The translations under genes and the position numbers were made by a program. Source: Desulfatiglandales bacterium (GTDB taxonomy: Bacteria > Desulfobacterota > DSM-4660 > Desulfatiglandales > Desulfatiglandaceae). From it: DNA of 64,000 nt. The notes beneath the pieces were generated by a model. It was not told where the DNA came from. It ran no database searches and saw only the letters and a program-made list of their open reading frames with translations. The stretch covers positions 5,056,001 through 5,120,000 of the forward strand of contig OY759599.1 in NCBI GenBank assembly GCA_963662465.1. The letters are read 5' to 3'. Below are positions 47,801 to 58,300 of this stretch, piece after piece (positions within the stretch are counted from its first letter, which is position 1; each line of letters starts with the position of its first letter).

Positions 47801-48431
47801 TTGCCAGGTTACCTTTGATTCCGCATGCGCCGCCGATAACAGAGACGCGCATTTTATAATGCCTGTACACCCTGTTGTCTTGCAGGCGGCCCATTACCTC
47901 GAAACACCCGAACCGGTCTTTAATTCCTTCCAAATCCATAACCACGACTTAAAGCCGGGCGAATTTCAATATGCCATTTATGCATGGGACTATCAGGGAA
48001 TAAGCCGAGACATAAAACTTCTGCCCGTTTCCGATAACAAGGATTTAGGAAAGAACTTTCTTGAGTACCTTGAATCCGGCGTAGAAATTACTCCCGGTCA
48101 GCAAATACCGGAAGATATTTCATTCGATCATTTGGATAAGATACACCATAGACTATGGGACAAAGAAAAGAACCTTCATAAGACAAAGACAAAAGAAATA
48201 TGTGATTTTCGAAGAGAAAGCCTGAAAATTAGCTATCAAGGCAGACAAAATGTTCTTTCTGAGCAGCTTGCGAATGCAACCGATAAGAAAATAATCCGAA
48301 TGAAACAAGCGCAGCTCAGAAACATCCAGGCGGAGTTTGATCGAAAAATCTCTGAACTTGATACCGCAGAGAGCTTAGCTGATATTCATGCCCGCCCAGT
48401 GGTATTTGGATTGATTAGAGTGGAGGGTTAG
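44859..48431 (+). CDS. SNF2/RapA-type helicase with N-terminal Swt1-like HEPN domain
   Basis: LDLSALLR...RNRWAH (Rx4H); ADGVGVGKT, DEAHH, TATP, EGLDYQ, NPMRIEQRIGRIDR. Confidence 0.85.
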   Translation: MDNQLFFQRFPELLYIVTKHLTIWLENVLSSLDEDWWGSLVIPALSYQQKQRVDRLEIRQLEKLDLSALLRVVDKNWYPISNVKRFTIGDRNYVKEMQTIRNRWAHSDMHGFKVDDIYRDIDTLERFALLINIPKQETISIGEFKDSVLSMKLSAPVESQTQNKAEKSQESVKVKNDDNEIIEVGSIVTLESDPSKKGAVIEIEGDSEDTLCRVFIDGKIQPFYLSQLCKFRKEKARKTVSIDELHCLLTCLQIKHPSMFTLYSLNAARIDFVPYQFRPALKIIRSDQPRLLIADGVGVGKTIEAGLILRELQARGGVESVLIICPRPLVTERKWELEMKRFDERFTHLNGSALRSCIEETDLEGEWPEQHKKTIVPYSLFDEKSLYGNKTHRITQLGLLDLDSPPKFDLVIVDEAHHVRNSSTYAHQAVRLFCENAEAVVFLTATPVQVGSHDLYTLLNLLRPELVIDQETFHHMAGPNPYINQALSEARSGGENWHQRAHDILESAARTSWGSAMLQPNPVFQGIQKDLREDQITREERVAIVRKIEDLHSFSKLISRTRRRDIGNFCIRRPYTIEVDFTHEQKELHDRLLKFEAKSLSIMHGNRNVNFMISMIRRQAASCIFGLAPYLESLINRRISQLEWYESADEDMPDMDLFEELTEDAIAIIEAAENLPEYDPKFDKFLRIIREKETQQNNKVMVFSSFRHTLFYLKKRLEALDIRAGLIYGDIKDEERLILRRRFEGYADAVDSIDVMLFSEVGCEGLDYQFCDLMINYDLPWNPMRIEQRIGRIDRRGQKSEAVAIYNLITNETIDADIYERCLWRIGLFEESVGDCEEILGEIHKQIFNIANNLELNETERRDKLEQLADNQINRIHEQKALEDREYELFGIRLPKFEKDNEVRDSESFWLTPSSIQRFVSEYLEKRLGKGDFLLGEKALKTLRLSQEARNKLLHDFRSIQISRTPMSRTWEKWLKGSVQHCQVTFDSACAADNRDAHFIMPVHPVVLQAAHYLETPEPVFNSFQIHNHDLKPGEFQYAIYAWDYQGISRDIKLLPVSDNKDLGKNFLEYLESGVEITPGQQIPEDISFDHLDKIHHRLWDKEKNLHKTKTKEICDFRRESLKISYQGRQNVLSEQLANATDKKIIRMKQAQLRNIQAEFDRKISELDTAESLADIHARPVVFGLIRVEG

Positions 48432-48435
48432 ATTC

Positions 48436-51400
48436 TTGAGTAGACAAGAAGAAGTTATTCGTGAAATCAGTGATGACTATAGTCCCCAAAAAAATACTGC
48501 TAGAACCCTAAATGGTTACGCACGGTCTATTAGATTCCTGGCAAAAGACATATATGAAAAGGATACACACTTTATTTTTGAGCTGATACAAAACGCGGAG
48601 GACAACGAATACGATAACAGAGTCAAACCCTCCCTGCGTTTTGTTTTGTACAGATCGGGAATATTACCGGGATACGAAGCCAATCCTATGCTGCTTATTG
48701 AAAACAATGAAAAGGGATTTGAAGAACAAGATGTGAAATCTATATGCGATACTGGCGAATCTAAAAAAACCAAGCAGCAGGGTTTTATAGGTGAGAAAGG
48801 GATAGGATTCAAGTCGGTCTTTCGTGTCACAAGCTGCCCGCATATTTTTTCCAATGGCTACAATTTCAAACTTCCAGAAAAGGACGAAAATTCAAATCTC
48901 GGCTATATCGTCCCATCATGGATTGAACCTCCTGAAATACTAGACAAGAGCAAAACTTCGATATTGCTACCACTTGATAAACCTGACTTTGGCTTGGATA
49001 AAGTACGTGCTTACTTAAAAGATATCGCGCCCGAAACCATTATTTTTTTAGATAAACTTCAATCGATTGAAATCGATTTTCTGGATGAGAAAATTTCAAT
49101 CGAAAAAGATGGATCAATATTCCCTTTGGTTATGTTGGCAAAATTAGAAAATAGCAAAAACGGGAAAGAAGAGGTTCTGGAACAACTTTTCTGGTTCGGG
49201 TCTAAGGAATTTCAAAAACCTGCCAACATAAATCCAGAATCCAGAAAAGGTATTGATAGCAGAACAGTATCAATTGCCATACCTTTTGGTAAAAGAATAT
49301 CCGGTAAGGTTTTTGCTTATTTACCTGTTTTGGAAAATACAGGCCTACCCTTTTTGGTCAATGCCGACTTTCTTTTGTCAAGTGCAAGAGAAGGTCTCAA
49401 ATTGGACGAAAACTGGAATAAATGGCTACGTGACTGTATTCCGGAAGTTTTTGTCGAAACCTTAACCGAATGTTTAGAATCTGAAAAAATTGATTTTAGA
49501 GAAAAAATACAAGCATACAACTCCATTCCGAGGCATCCCAACTCTCAATTTTTTAGGGAACCGGTCACAGAAATAAAAAAAGCGCTTGGCAAAACGAGAT
49601 GCATTTTTACACTTCCGAACGAATCTTTATCCTACCCCTCAGAGAGTCGAATATTACCAGAAAATAAATTGTGGGATCTGTTGGAACCCGAAGACTTTAA
49701 TTTTTTGAACGACAGAACATTTATTGTTCATAGAGAATTGAAACCGTTTTATGAAATACTCAGGGCAATATCTGTTAGCAATTTTGAAAAAATCGAAATT
49801 CTTAAATGCTTCGATTACAAAACTTGTATTCTGTCAAAATCAAATGAATGGCTATTAGATTTTTATCGTTTTCTAAAAGGGTTTACCAGTAAGCATAGCG
49901 ATCTCGCATCAAAGAAACTTGTTAAGATTGTCTCGGGAAAAGAAAACCGGACAATTTTAGCGTGCACTGCTGAAATCCCCATATACTTTCCATGTGAGTC
50001 AGGGGTTACAGAAGCGATGGAAGCCGCGCCTGAATGGCTGAAAGATAAGCTTTCCATTGCATTCGTTGAACCCACATTTTTCGAACTTCTTTCAAATGAA
50101 AACGATTGGATGGCATTGGAAAAATGGATGACGGATTGTCTCATGGTTAAGTCATTTTCATTGGAAAATTACTGTTGTGACATCTTGGATTTTCTGAATC
50201 AACAATCACAGGACTTGGATCCAGCACAGATCGCCGATGCAACTTCCTTTTTGACGGAGCATGCAAGTAATGCTTTCAATTTGCATGAACTTCCAATAGT
50301 CCTATCAAACCACTCAAAAATAAAACTATCTGCTATTGGATCAAGAAAAAAAATCGTTGTCCCTGAAAATTTTGATCCGGAAAAAGGCTGGCAAAATATT
50401 TGGAAAATGACTTCTGATCAGGCGTATTTCTTTTCATTGGCGGACACCTATAAGCGTCGAACAGTAGAGAAACTTCTTCTGCTATCTAAAGGAAAAATTG
50501 AAAAGTACCCTGGTCCTCTAAGAGTAGAGGAAATTGACGAAAACTTTTTGACTGCTTATGAAGAGGAATGCTTAAAAAATCCTCCTAAAACTAACTGGGC
50601 CATAACCATTTCAGATTGGCGGAGCCCGTTTGCCCTTCGTACAAATCAAATTGGTAATAATAATTTTTCAGCGAGCTTATTTTCCTTTTTCCAAGAGAAA
50701 GATGAAGGTATAGATAAATATAAGACATTGACTATCAATTACTTTTATCGGACGGATAAATGGATATATAAAGATTCTGAGTTCTTTTTTCACCTTAAAA
50801 ATCATAGATGGCTTCCTACGCAGAAAGGGCTCGTCAAGCCAAGTCAGGCTTTTTTACCTCGAAAGGAAATACAAGAAATATTGGGTGATACCGTTCCCTA
50901 TTTTACGGGGAACGGAAGTGAAACAGAGATTCTAGAGGAACTGGGGGTAAAAACAGGGTTAACTGTAGAAGTTTTGATGCAAACTTTGATTGACGTATCT
51001 ATCAGTTCAGAATCCAACTCGGAATTGGTAAGTCGTATTTATGGGCAATTTGCATCCAGAACACAATTTTCCGATTTATCTGAAGTTGCGGAGAAATTCA
51101 GAAACAATCGCTTGATTTTTATTCCGGAAAAAGATGCGCGGAAAAAATGGTTCAAGTCCTGTGATGTAATCTGGAGTGATGATAAAAAGATTCTCGATAA
51201 GGATATTATTTGTCTTGAAAAATACTATCACAATTTAAAGGAGTTTTTCGTCAAAACTATCGGGGTAAAAGAGAGCGCTGATCCGGAATATTTTGCACAG
51301 CGTTGGTTAGGTTTGCAGAAGAATGGCCTGGAAAGTTCTTCAGATCTAAGAGAGACAATGGATGTCATATACCATAAGCTTCTTCCGGTATCAAGATACG

Positions 51401-52938
51401 TTGAAAAACCCAACTGGTGGGAAAAATTTGTCAAGGCAGCATTAATATTCACACAAAATAACAATTTCAGGGAATGTTCTACGGTTATTTTACCAGATGA
51501 CGGCATGCTTAAAAGAGTTTTTGCAAACTCAAAAGTAGATTTTGCTTGGCGTCCCGAAAAAGACTCATTTAACCAATGGGCAAGTTTTTATGAATCCTTC
51601 AATGTCCCACGAATTTCGGAATCAGTTACGACAAACTTAGCAGACGATATTGCATTTCAGGAAATGGACAAAAACCGTCTTATTACTGAATGTGCGATCA
51701 TAATGCTCTCTGCATGGTTGAGAGAAAAAGATATTGATAGCTATAAGCGTTTTTATAAGGAAGGCATTTTTGAAGAACTGTCACGTCTTAAGGAGGCTGT
51801 TTGTAATAAAGACATCAAGGTATTATTTACACTAAAAACTACTTCTGTTCCTATTGCAGTTGAGAAAGACTATCCTGTTTTTTGGGATCGTAAGAAAGGC
51901 CAAATCATATTTAACGACCGGACGGACGAACCGGATTTGAAGAAGAAATTGGCCACTGAAATTGCAAAAGGGCTAATGAATAATAACGCATATAAAGACC
52001 TATCCAATTGGATTGAGCTGATCTTAGGGGCGAATGACACCAGAAGAATCAGGGATGATGGGTGGCCTGCTCCTCGAGAAATTCTCAAACTGTTCACAAG
52101 CCGTGATGCGGCCCATGAGGGTTCTGTGAGTGTGAATGTTAATAGTGAGGAACCCGCAGGGAGCCAAAAATCGCCGGAAAATCAAGAGGGACATAAGCTC
52201 AAGCAGTTGACACGAAAGATGCCCGGAATTCCAGAAAAAAGATATCCTACTCTTACAGATTCTGGAAAGCCACCAAATGAAGATTCGAAAAAGCCAAGAT
52301 CAGCAAACGATAAAGGTGCTCTATCCGGCAGTTACTATGCTCTCTCGGTCGAAGGCTTTGAAAAAGCTTTCAATAAAAGCGGACAAACTGCCCTACTTGA
52401 GGAATATGAGGATATCGATTTTTTTAGCAAGGGAAATGTTTTAAACCCTGAACGTAGACGAAAAAAAGTTTCTGAGCGCCATCGAAACAGGATAGAAAAT
52501 GAACCGCGTGAAGATGAAAGGCGTAGAATTACTGAACGTACAATACTTGAACCTGCGGATCCACAAGTACGCTCCCAGTTAAGAGACTTGTATGGAGGCA
52601 GGTGTCAAATCTGCGGGGATACTTTTCCACAGCGAGATGGAACGCCTTTCTTTATAGTCGGTCACATTGTCGAGCGGAAAAATGCCCGCCTATTGGATAA
52701 TTATGCCAACGCCTTGTCTCTTTGTCCCAAACATTTCGCCCAATGGCAGCACGGGGCCATAGAAGCAGATAACATTTTGGAGCAAATTCTAACGAAAAAA
52801 ACAAAGGTTGAGGGATCAAATCATGATTTTACTCTAAAAATCAGTCTTTGTGGTAACGCACATGAAATTTCTTACAAAGAAAAGCACCTGGTAGATTTAC
52901 AAGAGCTGGTAAAGGAGTTGAAAAAAGCTGAAGAATGA
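48436..52938 (+). CDS. Sacsin/NOV-like GHKL ATPase protein with C-terminal HNH-like domain
   Basis: FELIQNAEDN, NNEKGF, IGEKGIGFKSVF; C-terminal YGGRCQICG...GHIV...NALSLCPKH; TTG start 4 bp after upstream stop. Confidence 0.8.
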   Translation: MSRQEEVIREISDDYSPQKNTARTLNGYARSIRFLAKDIYEKDTHFIFELIQNAEDNEYDNRVKPSLRFVLYRSGILPGYEANPMLLIENNEKGFEEQDVKSICDTGESKKTKQQGFIGEKGIGFKSVFRVTSCPHIFSNGYNFKLPEKDENSNLGYIVPSWIEPPEILDKSKTSILLPLDKPDFGLDKVRAYLKDIAPETIIFLDKLQSIEIDFLDEKISIEKDGSIFPLVMLAKLENSKNGKEEVLEQLFWFGSKEFQKPANINPESRKGIDSRTVSIAIPFGKRISGKVFAYLPVLENTGLPFLVNADFLLSSAREGLKLDENWNKWLRDCIPEVFVETLTECLESEKIDFREKIQAYNSIPRHPNSQFFREPVTEIKKALGKTRCIFTLPNESLSYPSESRILPENKLWDLLEPEDFNFLNDRTFIVHRELKPFYEILRAISVSNFEKIEILKCFDYKTCILSKSNEWLLDFYRFLKGFTSKHSDLASKKLVKIVSGKENRTILACTAEIPIYFPCESGVTEAMEAAPEWLKDKLSIAFVEPTFFELLSNENDWMALEKWMTDCLMVKSFSLENYCCDILDFLNQQSQDLDPAQIADATSFLTEHASNAFNLHELPIVLSNHSKIKLSAIGSRKKIVVPENFDPEKGWQNIWKMTSDQAYFFSLADTYKRRTVEKLLLLSKGKIEKYPGPLRVEEIDENFLTAYEEECLKNPPKTNWAITISDWRSPFALRTNQIGNNNFSASLFSFFQEKDEGIDKYKTLTINYFYRTDKWIYKDSEFFFHLKNHRWLPTQKGLVKPSQAFLPRKEIQEILGDTVPYFTGNGSETEILEELGVKTGLTVEVLMQTLIDVSISSESNSELVSRIYGQFASRTQFSDLSEVAEKFRNNRLIFIPEKDARKKWFKSCDVIWSDDKKILDKDIICLEKYYHNLKEFFVKTIGVKESADPEYFAQRWLGLQKNGLESSSDLRETMDVIYHKLLPVSRYVEKPNWWEKFVKAALIFTQNNNFRECSTVILPDDGMLKRVFANSKVDFAWRPEKDSFNQWASFYESFNVPRISESVTTNLADDIAFQEMDKNRLITECAIIMLSAWLREKDIDSYKRFYKEGIFEELSRLKEAVCNKDIKVLFTLKTTSVPIAVEKDYPVFWDRKKGQIIFNDRTDEPDLKKKLATEIAKGLMNNNAYKDLSNWIELILGANDTRRIRDDGWPAPREILKLFTSRDAAHEGSVSVNVNSEEPAGSQKSPENQEGHKLKQLTRKMPGIPEKRYPTLTDSGKPPNEDSKKPRSANDKGALSGSYYALSVEGFEKAFNKSGQTALLEEYEDIDFFSKGNVLNPERRRKKVSERHRNRIENEPREDERRRITERTILEPADPQVRSQLRDLYGGRCQICGDTFPQRDGTPFFIVGHIVERKNARLLDNYANALSLCPKHFAQWQHGAIEADNILEQILTKKTKVEGSNHDFTLKISLCGNAHEISYKEKHLVDLQELVKELKKAEE

Positions 52939-52975
52939 TAGCGCATTTTTCCGTGGGGATAGTCAAGGTGATGTC

Positions 52976-53679
52976 ATGAAAAGCAAAATCCGTAAGATTC
53001 TTAGCGACTTGGAAAGAACCCGTGAAAACCTTTTGTCTTTGTCAGACGACATTTGGCTCAGCATCGACCATAACAATCCCGATGCGCTGGAGGAAGGAGT
53101 CGCATTCAAAAAGGCGTACAATGACAAACTGATCGCCTTCGACCAAGTTGCGGAAGCCCTTTCCGCATTGGTCCAGCAGTACACCGAAGTTAGCATTGAG
53201 GAGGAAAACGAGGATCGGCAAATTTCGGAAAGCGCGGAAGCGCGAAACCGCATTATACTTGAGCTGGATCGAGAGGAGCCGCATCGGCTTGAAGAGGATT
53301 TTCGGTATAAACGGCCGTATGGGTTCATTTTGGAGGAACGGCCATACAAAAATGTTGTGACATGGCGACGAATCTACGATCTCGTCTGTCGCCAGCTTCT
53401 TCAAAAAGACCGGGAAAAAATGTTGGCTCTGCCGGACCATCCGGATTTTGCCTCCAAACGAGGAAACCACTCCTTTTCCCATTGCCCCGAAGGGCTGACA
53501 TCCTCTGACCGAATCACTGAGAATCTGTTTGCGGAAATCAATCTATCCGCAATTCGTTGCGGGACCAGATTCGTAAACTGCTTCGTGTTTTCGCCATTTA
53601 TGAAAGCAAAATGACCATCTATCTGATGCGGGACCTAGATGCAGATGATGATAAGCTCGGTGATTACGCCAAAGAATAG
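52976..53679 (+). pseudogene. Conserved hypothetical protein with 1-bp frameshift near 53550
   Basis: ...EINLSA continues more plausibly in another frame as NSLRDQIRKLLRVF...IYLMRDLDA...KE* (TAG 53677-53679). Confidence 0.55.
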
Positions 53680-53840
53680 AGTGCTCCCTCCGGGACGCAA
53701 GTCTATGTTGTCTTTTCTTGTGCTCTCAGTGACGCTCTTTTCTAATTATTTAATCTTAAATTTTATTATAGAGACAATGACGAGTATGCCAATGCTAATT
53801 TTTCACATTCCACCACTGTTTGATTATATTCGAGGATAAC

Positions 53841-54521
53841 ATGGAGTTTTTATATTGTCCAAATTGTGGGAAAAAGACAGGTCATAAACGGGCTTTGGGA
53901 TGGGGAACTTTTTTTGGAGGTATGTTTACACTTGGCGTCTCTACGGCAGCAATACCTTTCTATCCAAAACGCTGCATTGTCTGTGGAAGAAAGACAACCG
54001 GAAACGAAGTTGATCCAACATATAGAGGTGATATTCCTGTACCAAGTTATGAGGAATTCGAGATTGAAGATGCAGCGCCAGAACTTAATGATACAAAAAA
54101 GTGTCCTTTTTGTGCTGAAACGATCAAGCTTGAAGCAATAAAATGTAGATTTTGCGGCGAAATGTTTGACCGCAATGAAGTTGCTAAACAGGCGAAGCAG
54201 TTAGCCGAAACCAGAAAAAAGAATGGTCTCGAAAATAGGATCTTATGCAGTGATGGCGCTTGTATAGGAATAATAGGAAGTGATGGAAAATGCAATGTAT
54301 GTGGGAGAAGCGAAAAAATAGACGATCAAGATTCTAAAGATTTTCAACAGGAAAAATTCTTAGATATAAAAGAACAAAAGCCAGATGAAAAAAAGAAGTC
54401 TAAAATAAATTCTTTGACTGTAGTTTTTATAATTATCGGTATACTTTTTCTTATAGGTTTGTTTAGTGCTCCAGATGAGGGTTTATTTCGTTATTTGTTA
54501 AACGGTGGCCATTCTCCATAA
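53841..54521 (+). CDS. Multi zinc-ribbon membrane protein, AT-rich
   Basis: CPNC, CIVC, CPFC, CRFC, CNVC pairs; C-terminal hydrophobic helix. Confidence 0.7.
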   Translation: MEFLYCPNCGKKTGHKRALGWGTFFGGMFTLGVSTAAIPFYPKRCIVCGRKTTGNEVDPTYRGDIPVPSYEEFEIEDAAPELNDTKKCPFCAETIKLEAIKCRFCGEMFDRNEVAKQAKQLAETRKKNGLENRILCSDGACIGIIGSDGKCNVCGRSEKIDDQDSKDFQQEKFLDIKEQKPDEKKKSKINSLTVVFIIIGILFLIGLFSAPDEGLFRYLLNGGHSP

Positions 54522-54787
54522 TAGATAAAATATTCTAAAATCACTCAGAATGCTATTGAAGATCACTTGTATTTTAAAAAACCTCAAACTGTTGCTGCTA
54601 AAATATTGGTAAAACGGGGTGGTTATAAATGCGATAGCGTGACATTTATGCGTCCATTCGAAATCGCTTATGTTGATTATGAAGTCTATATATGGTTCTT
54701 AAATTCATCGTCGTTCATAAATCCATCCTCGCAAAGTTAAGTTATGTGGCGCAAGGCCTCAAACGCATTTGAAATGCAGAACTGAAA

Positions 54788-55357
54788 ATGGATGAGCAAG
54801 GAGAAACAAATTTGAAGTTGATACCGGCTTTAAGAGGTATATTTGGTTCCTGGGTTTACTATTCAGCCCTTTTAAGGCTAAAGGATGTAGCAAATCATAT
54901 CAAACTGTTGGAAGAGATTTACCAAAACAAGCAACTTTCCGACACGATTCAACGGGAATTGAAAACAAATCAGGTGACGGAAATTGCCGAGTATCTTTGC
55001 ACCCAAAAGGAACGTTTTCTCAATTCTCTTGTCGTGGGGCTATATGGCGGCGACCCGAAGTGGTTTGCGATTTCTGATATCAGGCCGCATACTCCGGAAT
55101 TCGATCCGTCCACATTGGATGAAGAAACGCTTTCATCCATCGGCTTTTTATCTTTGTCTGGAGATGAAACTTTTTTTGCCATCGACGGTCAACATCGCCT
55201 GGTGGGTATCCGTAAAGCACTTAAGGAAGATGACGAACTGGGGCTGGATGAAATCAACGTGCTGTTCGTGCCATATCAGGAAACCGATGAAGGCAGACAA
55301 CGAACCGGACGGTTGTTTACTACGCTGAATAAGCGAGTTAAGCCAGTATCAAAATGA
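54788..55357 (+). pseudogene. DGQHR/DndB-like domain protein, probably C-terminally truncated
   Basis: IQR, FAIDGQHR, RLFTTLNK; stops right after KPVSK. Confidence 0.65.
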
Positions 55358-55376
55358 TGTCGCAGGAGCGAAAGGA

Positions 55377-58300
55377 ATGGATCATGGATCAGGAAAGGTC
55401 AAATGCAAGCAAGGCTCCCTTCCCCTTTCCACAGAATTCGAACACGAGGCCACTGAAGCGCCACTCCGCGACCAAATCGCCCTGAAAATCCGTCAAAACG
55501 CCCATCGGCTCTGTAATGCCCTTAAACAGGAAAATCCGGAAGCTGTCCTGAACCATTCCGCTGAAACCGTTCAAGCCATTCTGGCTGGCCTCAGAATGTC
55601 CAAAGTGGATGCGGAACAGCTTTTTGCACGGTTGGCAAGCGAGGATAGATTCCCCGACGGCCTGGATTTGAATTTCCAGAACGAGTCTGCCAAGGCCACA
55701 GATCTCTGTTTTCCATCGTTACTCTTTGCGCCTTACCAGGCGGGAGAAACAGTCGACCTGATTCGGAATGAAATAGCCATCAGCCGGAACGTCTGGATCG
55801 CTTCCGCTTTCTATTCCCCCGGTGTCATCAACCTGTTCATCAACAGCTTCGCCCGGTTCATAGACAATGGTGGACAACTCAAGGTCCTCACTTCCACCAT
55901 GGGCAACGTCAATCAGCCCGGTTACCTGCTGCACCTGAGAGATACGGTTCCAGGCATGCAGGTGAGGGCCTGGCACCCGCCCGGAATTCCTTTTGCAAAA
56001 GCACCCCCGCCTTTTCATCCCAAGGCCTGGCTTTTCCAGTACCCCAGCGGGAAAGGGGCGCTTTTAATCGGTTCCTCCAATTTCACACGGGGTGGGTTCC
56101 TGAAAAATGTGGAATGGAATTACTTCTCGGCCAACGAAGTCAATGTACGCTTCGGGGATCAATCCCCATTTGAAGCGGCCCTTTGTGAATTTGAACGGTG
56201 CTGGGAAAAAGAGTCCGTTGAAATCTCGGATGAGTTCATCGCAGCCTATGAAGAACGGTGGCAGGCCTGGGACAACGGCAAGAAAGATTTTTTCGATCCC
56301 CCGGCGGGAAACTGGGGGATGCCCAGGGTTGAAACCCTTTCTTTTGAACAGCCACCACCGGCGGAAAAACCCGTTGAGAATAGAATATCGCCCAACCCGG
56401 CCCAGCGGGAAGCGCTCAGCAACCTCTCCCGCATGCGAAACCAGGGAATGGATAAAGCGGCGGTGGTTGCGGCCACGGGGGTAGGCAAAACCCACCTGGC
56501 GGCATTCGATTACAGGCAAAGCGAAAGCAAAAGCCTCTTGTTTATTGCCCACCGCGAAAACATTCTTCAGAAGGCACGAAAGACATTTGGAGACGTAATG
56601 GGGGTGGACAACTTCGGTGCCATGGTGGGCGCGGGCCAAAATGCTTCAGCCGCGGATGGAGCGGTGTTTGCCATGATCCAGACGCTTAGCCGTTCTGAAA
56701 ACCTGGAGCGCTTCAGCCCGGAACGTTTCGAATACCTGGTGGTGGATGAGTTCCACCACGGGATGGCCCCCACCTACCTGAAAGCTATCAATTATTTCAA
56801 ACCCCGCTTCATGCTGTGTCTCACCGCCACCCCCGAGCGAATGGATGGAAGAGATGTCCTGCGGCTGTGCGATTACAACGTGGCTTATGAATTGAGACTG
56901 CTGGATGCCGTGGACCGGGGGTGGCTGTCCCCCTTTCAGTACTTTGCCGTCCATGACAAAACAGACTACGACCGGATAACCTGGCGAGGCACCCATTACG
57001 ACGATGAGGAACTGACAAAAGCGCTCAGCAACGACACCCGGAACGCCATTGTTGCCGCAAACCTTAAAAAGTACCTGCCGGCCGGCGGCAAGATTAAGGC
57101 CTTAGCCTTTTGCAGTTCCGTTGCCCACGCCCGATACACGGCGGAGCGGCTGACCCTGGATCATGGCATCAAGGCCCTCGCGCTTTCGGGGGTCGATTCG
57201 GACGAAGAGAGAACACTGGCACTGACCCGTCTCGAGGATGAGGCCGATTCGCTGCGCGTAATCTGTTCCGTCGACATCTTCAACGAAGGGCTGGACATCC
57301 CCGGCCTGAGCCATGTTTTGCTCTTGAGACCCACGCAGTCCTTTACGGTTTTTCTTCAGCAGCTGGGCCGCGGGCTTCGAAAGGCGCCCGGCAAGGACTA
57401 CCTGGTGGTGATTGATTTTGTGGGCAATTTCAGAAAGGCTCACGTGGCGCCGCTGGCCTTGAGCGGTTATACCTCTATCCAGGAATTTGCCGCCGATGGC
57501 GTCACTTCGTTTAAAGCCGGCAATCCCATTATCAACCTGCCACGGGGATGCTACCTGGATCCGGACCTGGAAGCGGAACGTATCTGGGACCGGGAGATCC
57601 GGGCCATCCTTAAGGGTAAGATTCCGCTGGAAACAAGGCTTAAGGCCCTATACAGCGAAATCCGTGCGGACCTGGATGGGGCATCGCCTCTCCTGACGGA
57701 TTTCCTGGACAATGCGCACAACGTGGACCCGTATGTCTTCATCCGCCACTTTGGAAACTGGCTGCGGACCAAGCTGGCCTGCGAAGAGCAACTGGACCAA
57801 AGAGAAATCAGGCTTCTGGATACGCCGGGCGAAGCATTTCTCAAACACCTGGAATCGGAACTGAGCCCGGTGAAATCATATAAGATGGTGGTGCTCACCT
57901 GTCTTCTGAAAATGGGCGGCAACTCGTGGCGTGTGGTGGATATCGCAAAGGGTTTTCTGAACTACTATCTTGCCCATCGCGAGAGGCTGTTCGATTATGA
58001 GGAACTGGCCGCCTTTCCTGACCCCGTGGATTTTCCGCTTTCAAAAGCAAAATCAAAACTGCTTCAGATGCCGCTGAAGTACCTGAGCAATACCGAAAAA
58101 GACTGGTTTATTCTTGACAGGGAACTTGGGATATTTGAACTGAAACCGGAACTGTCGCCCTTCTGGAATGACCACTTTTTCCGGGGGCTGGTAAAGGACC
58201 GGGTACAGTTCGGGCTGGTGCGGTATTTTTCCCGGAAGGGCCGCGTGATGGACATCTTTTTTGATGATGAACTCCTGAAGAGCGGCTTTCCGGTGGAGCG

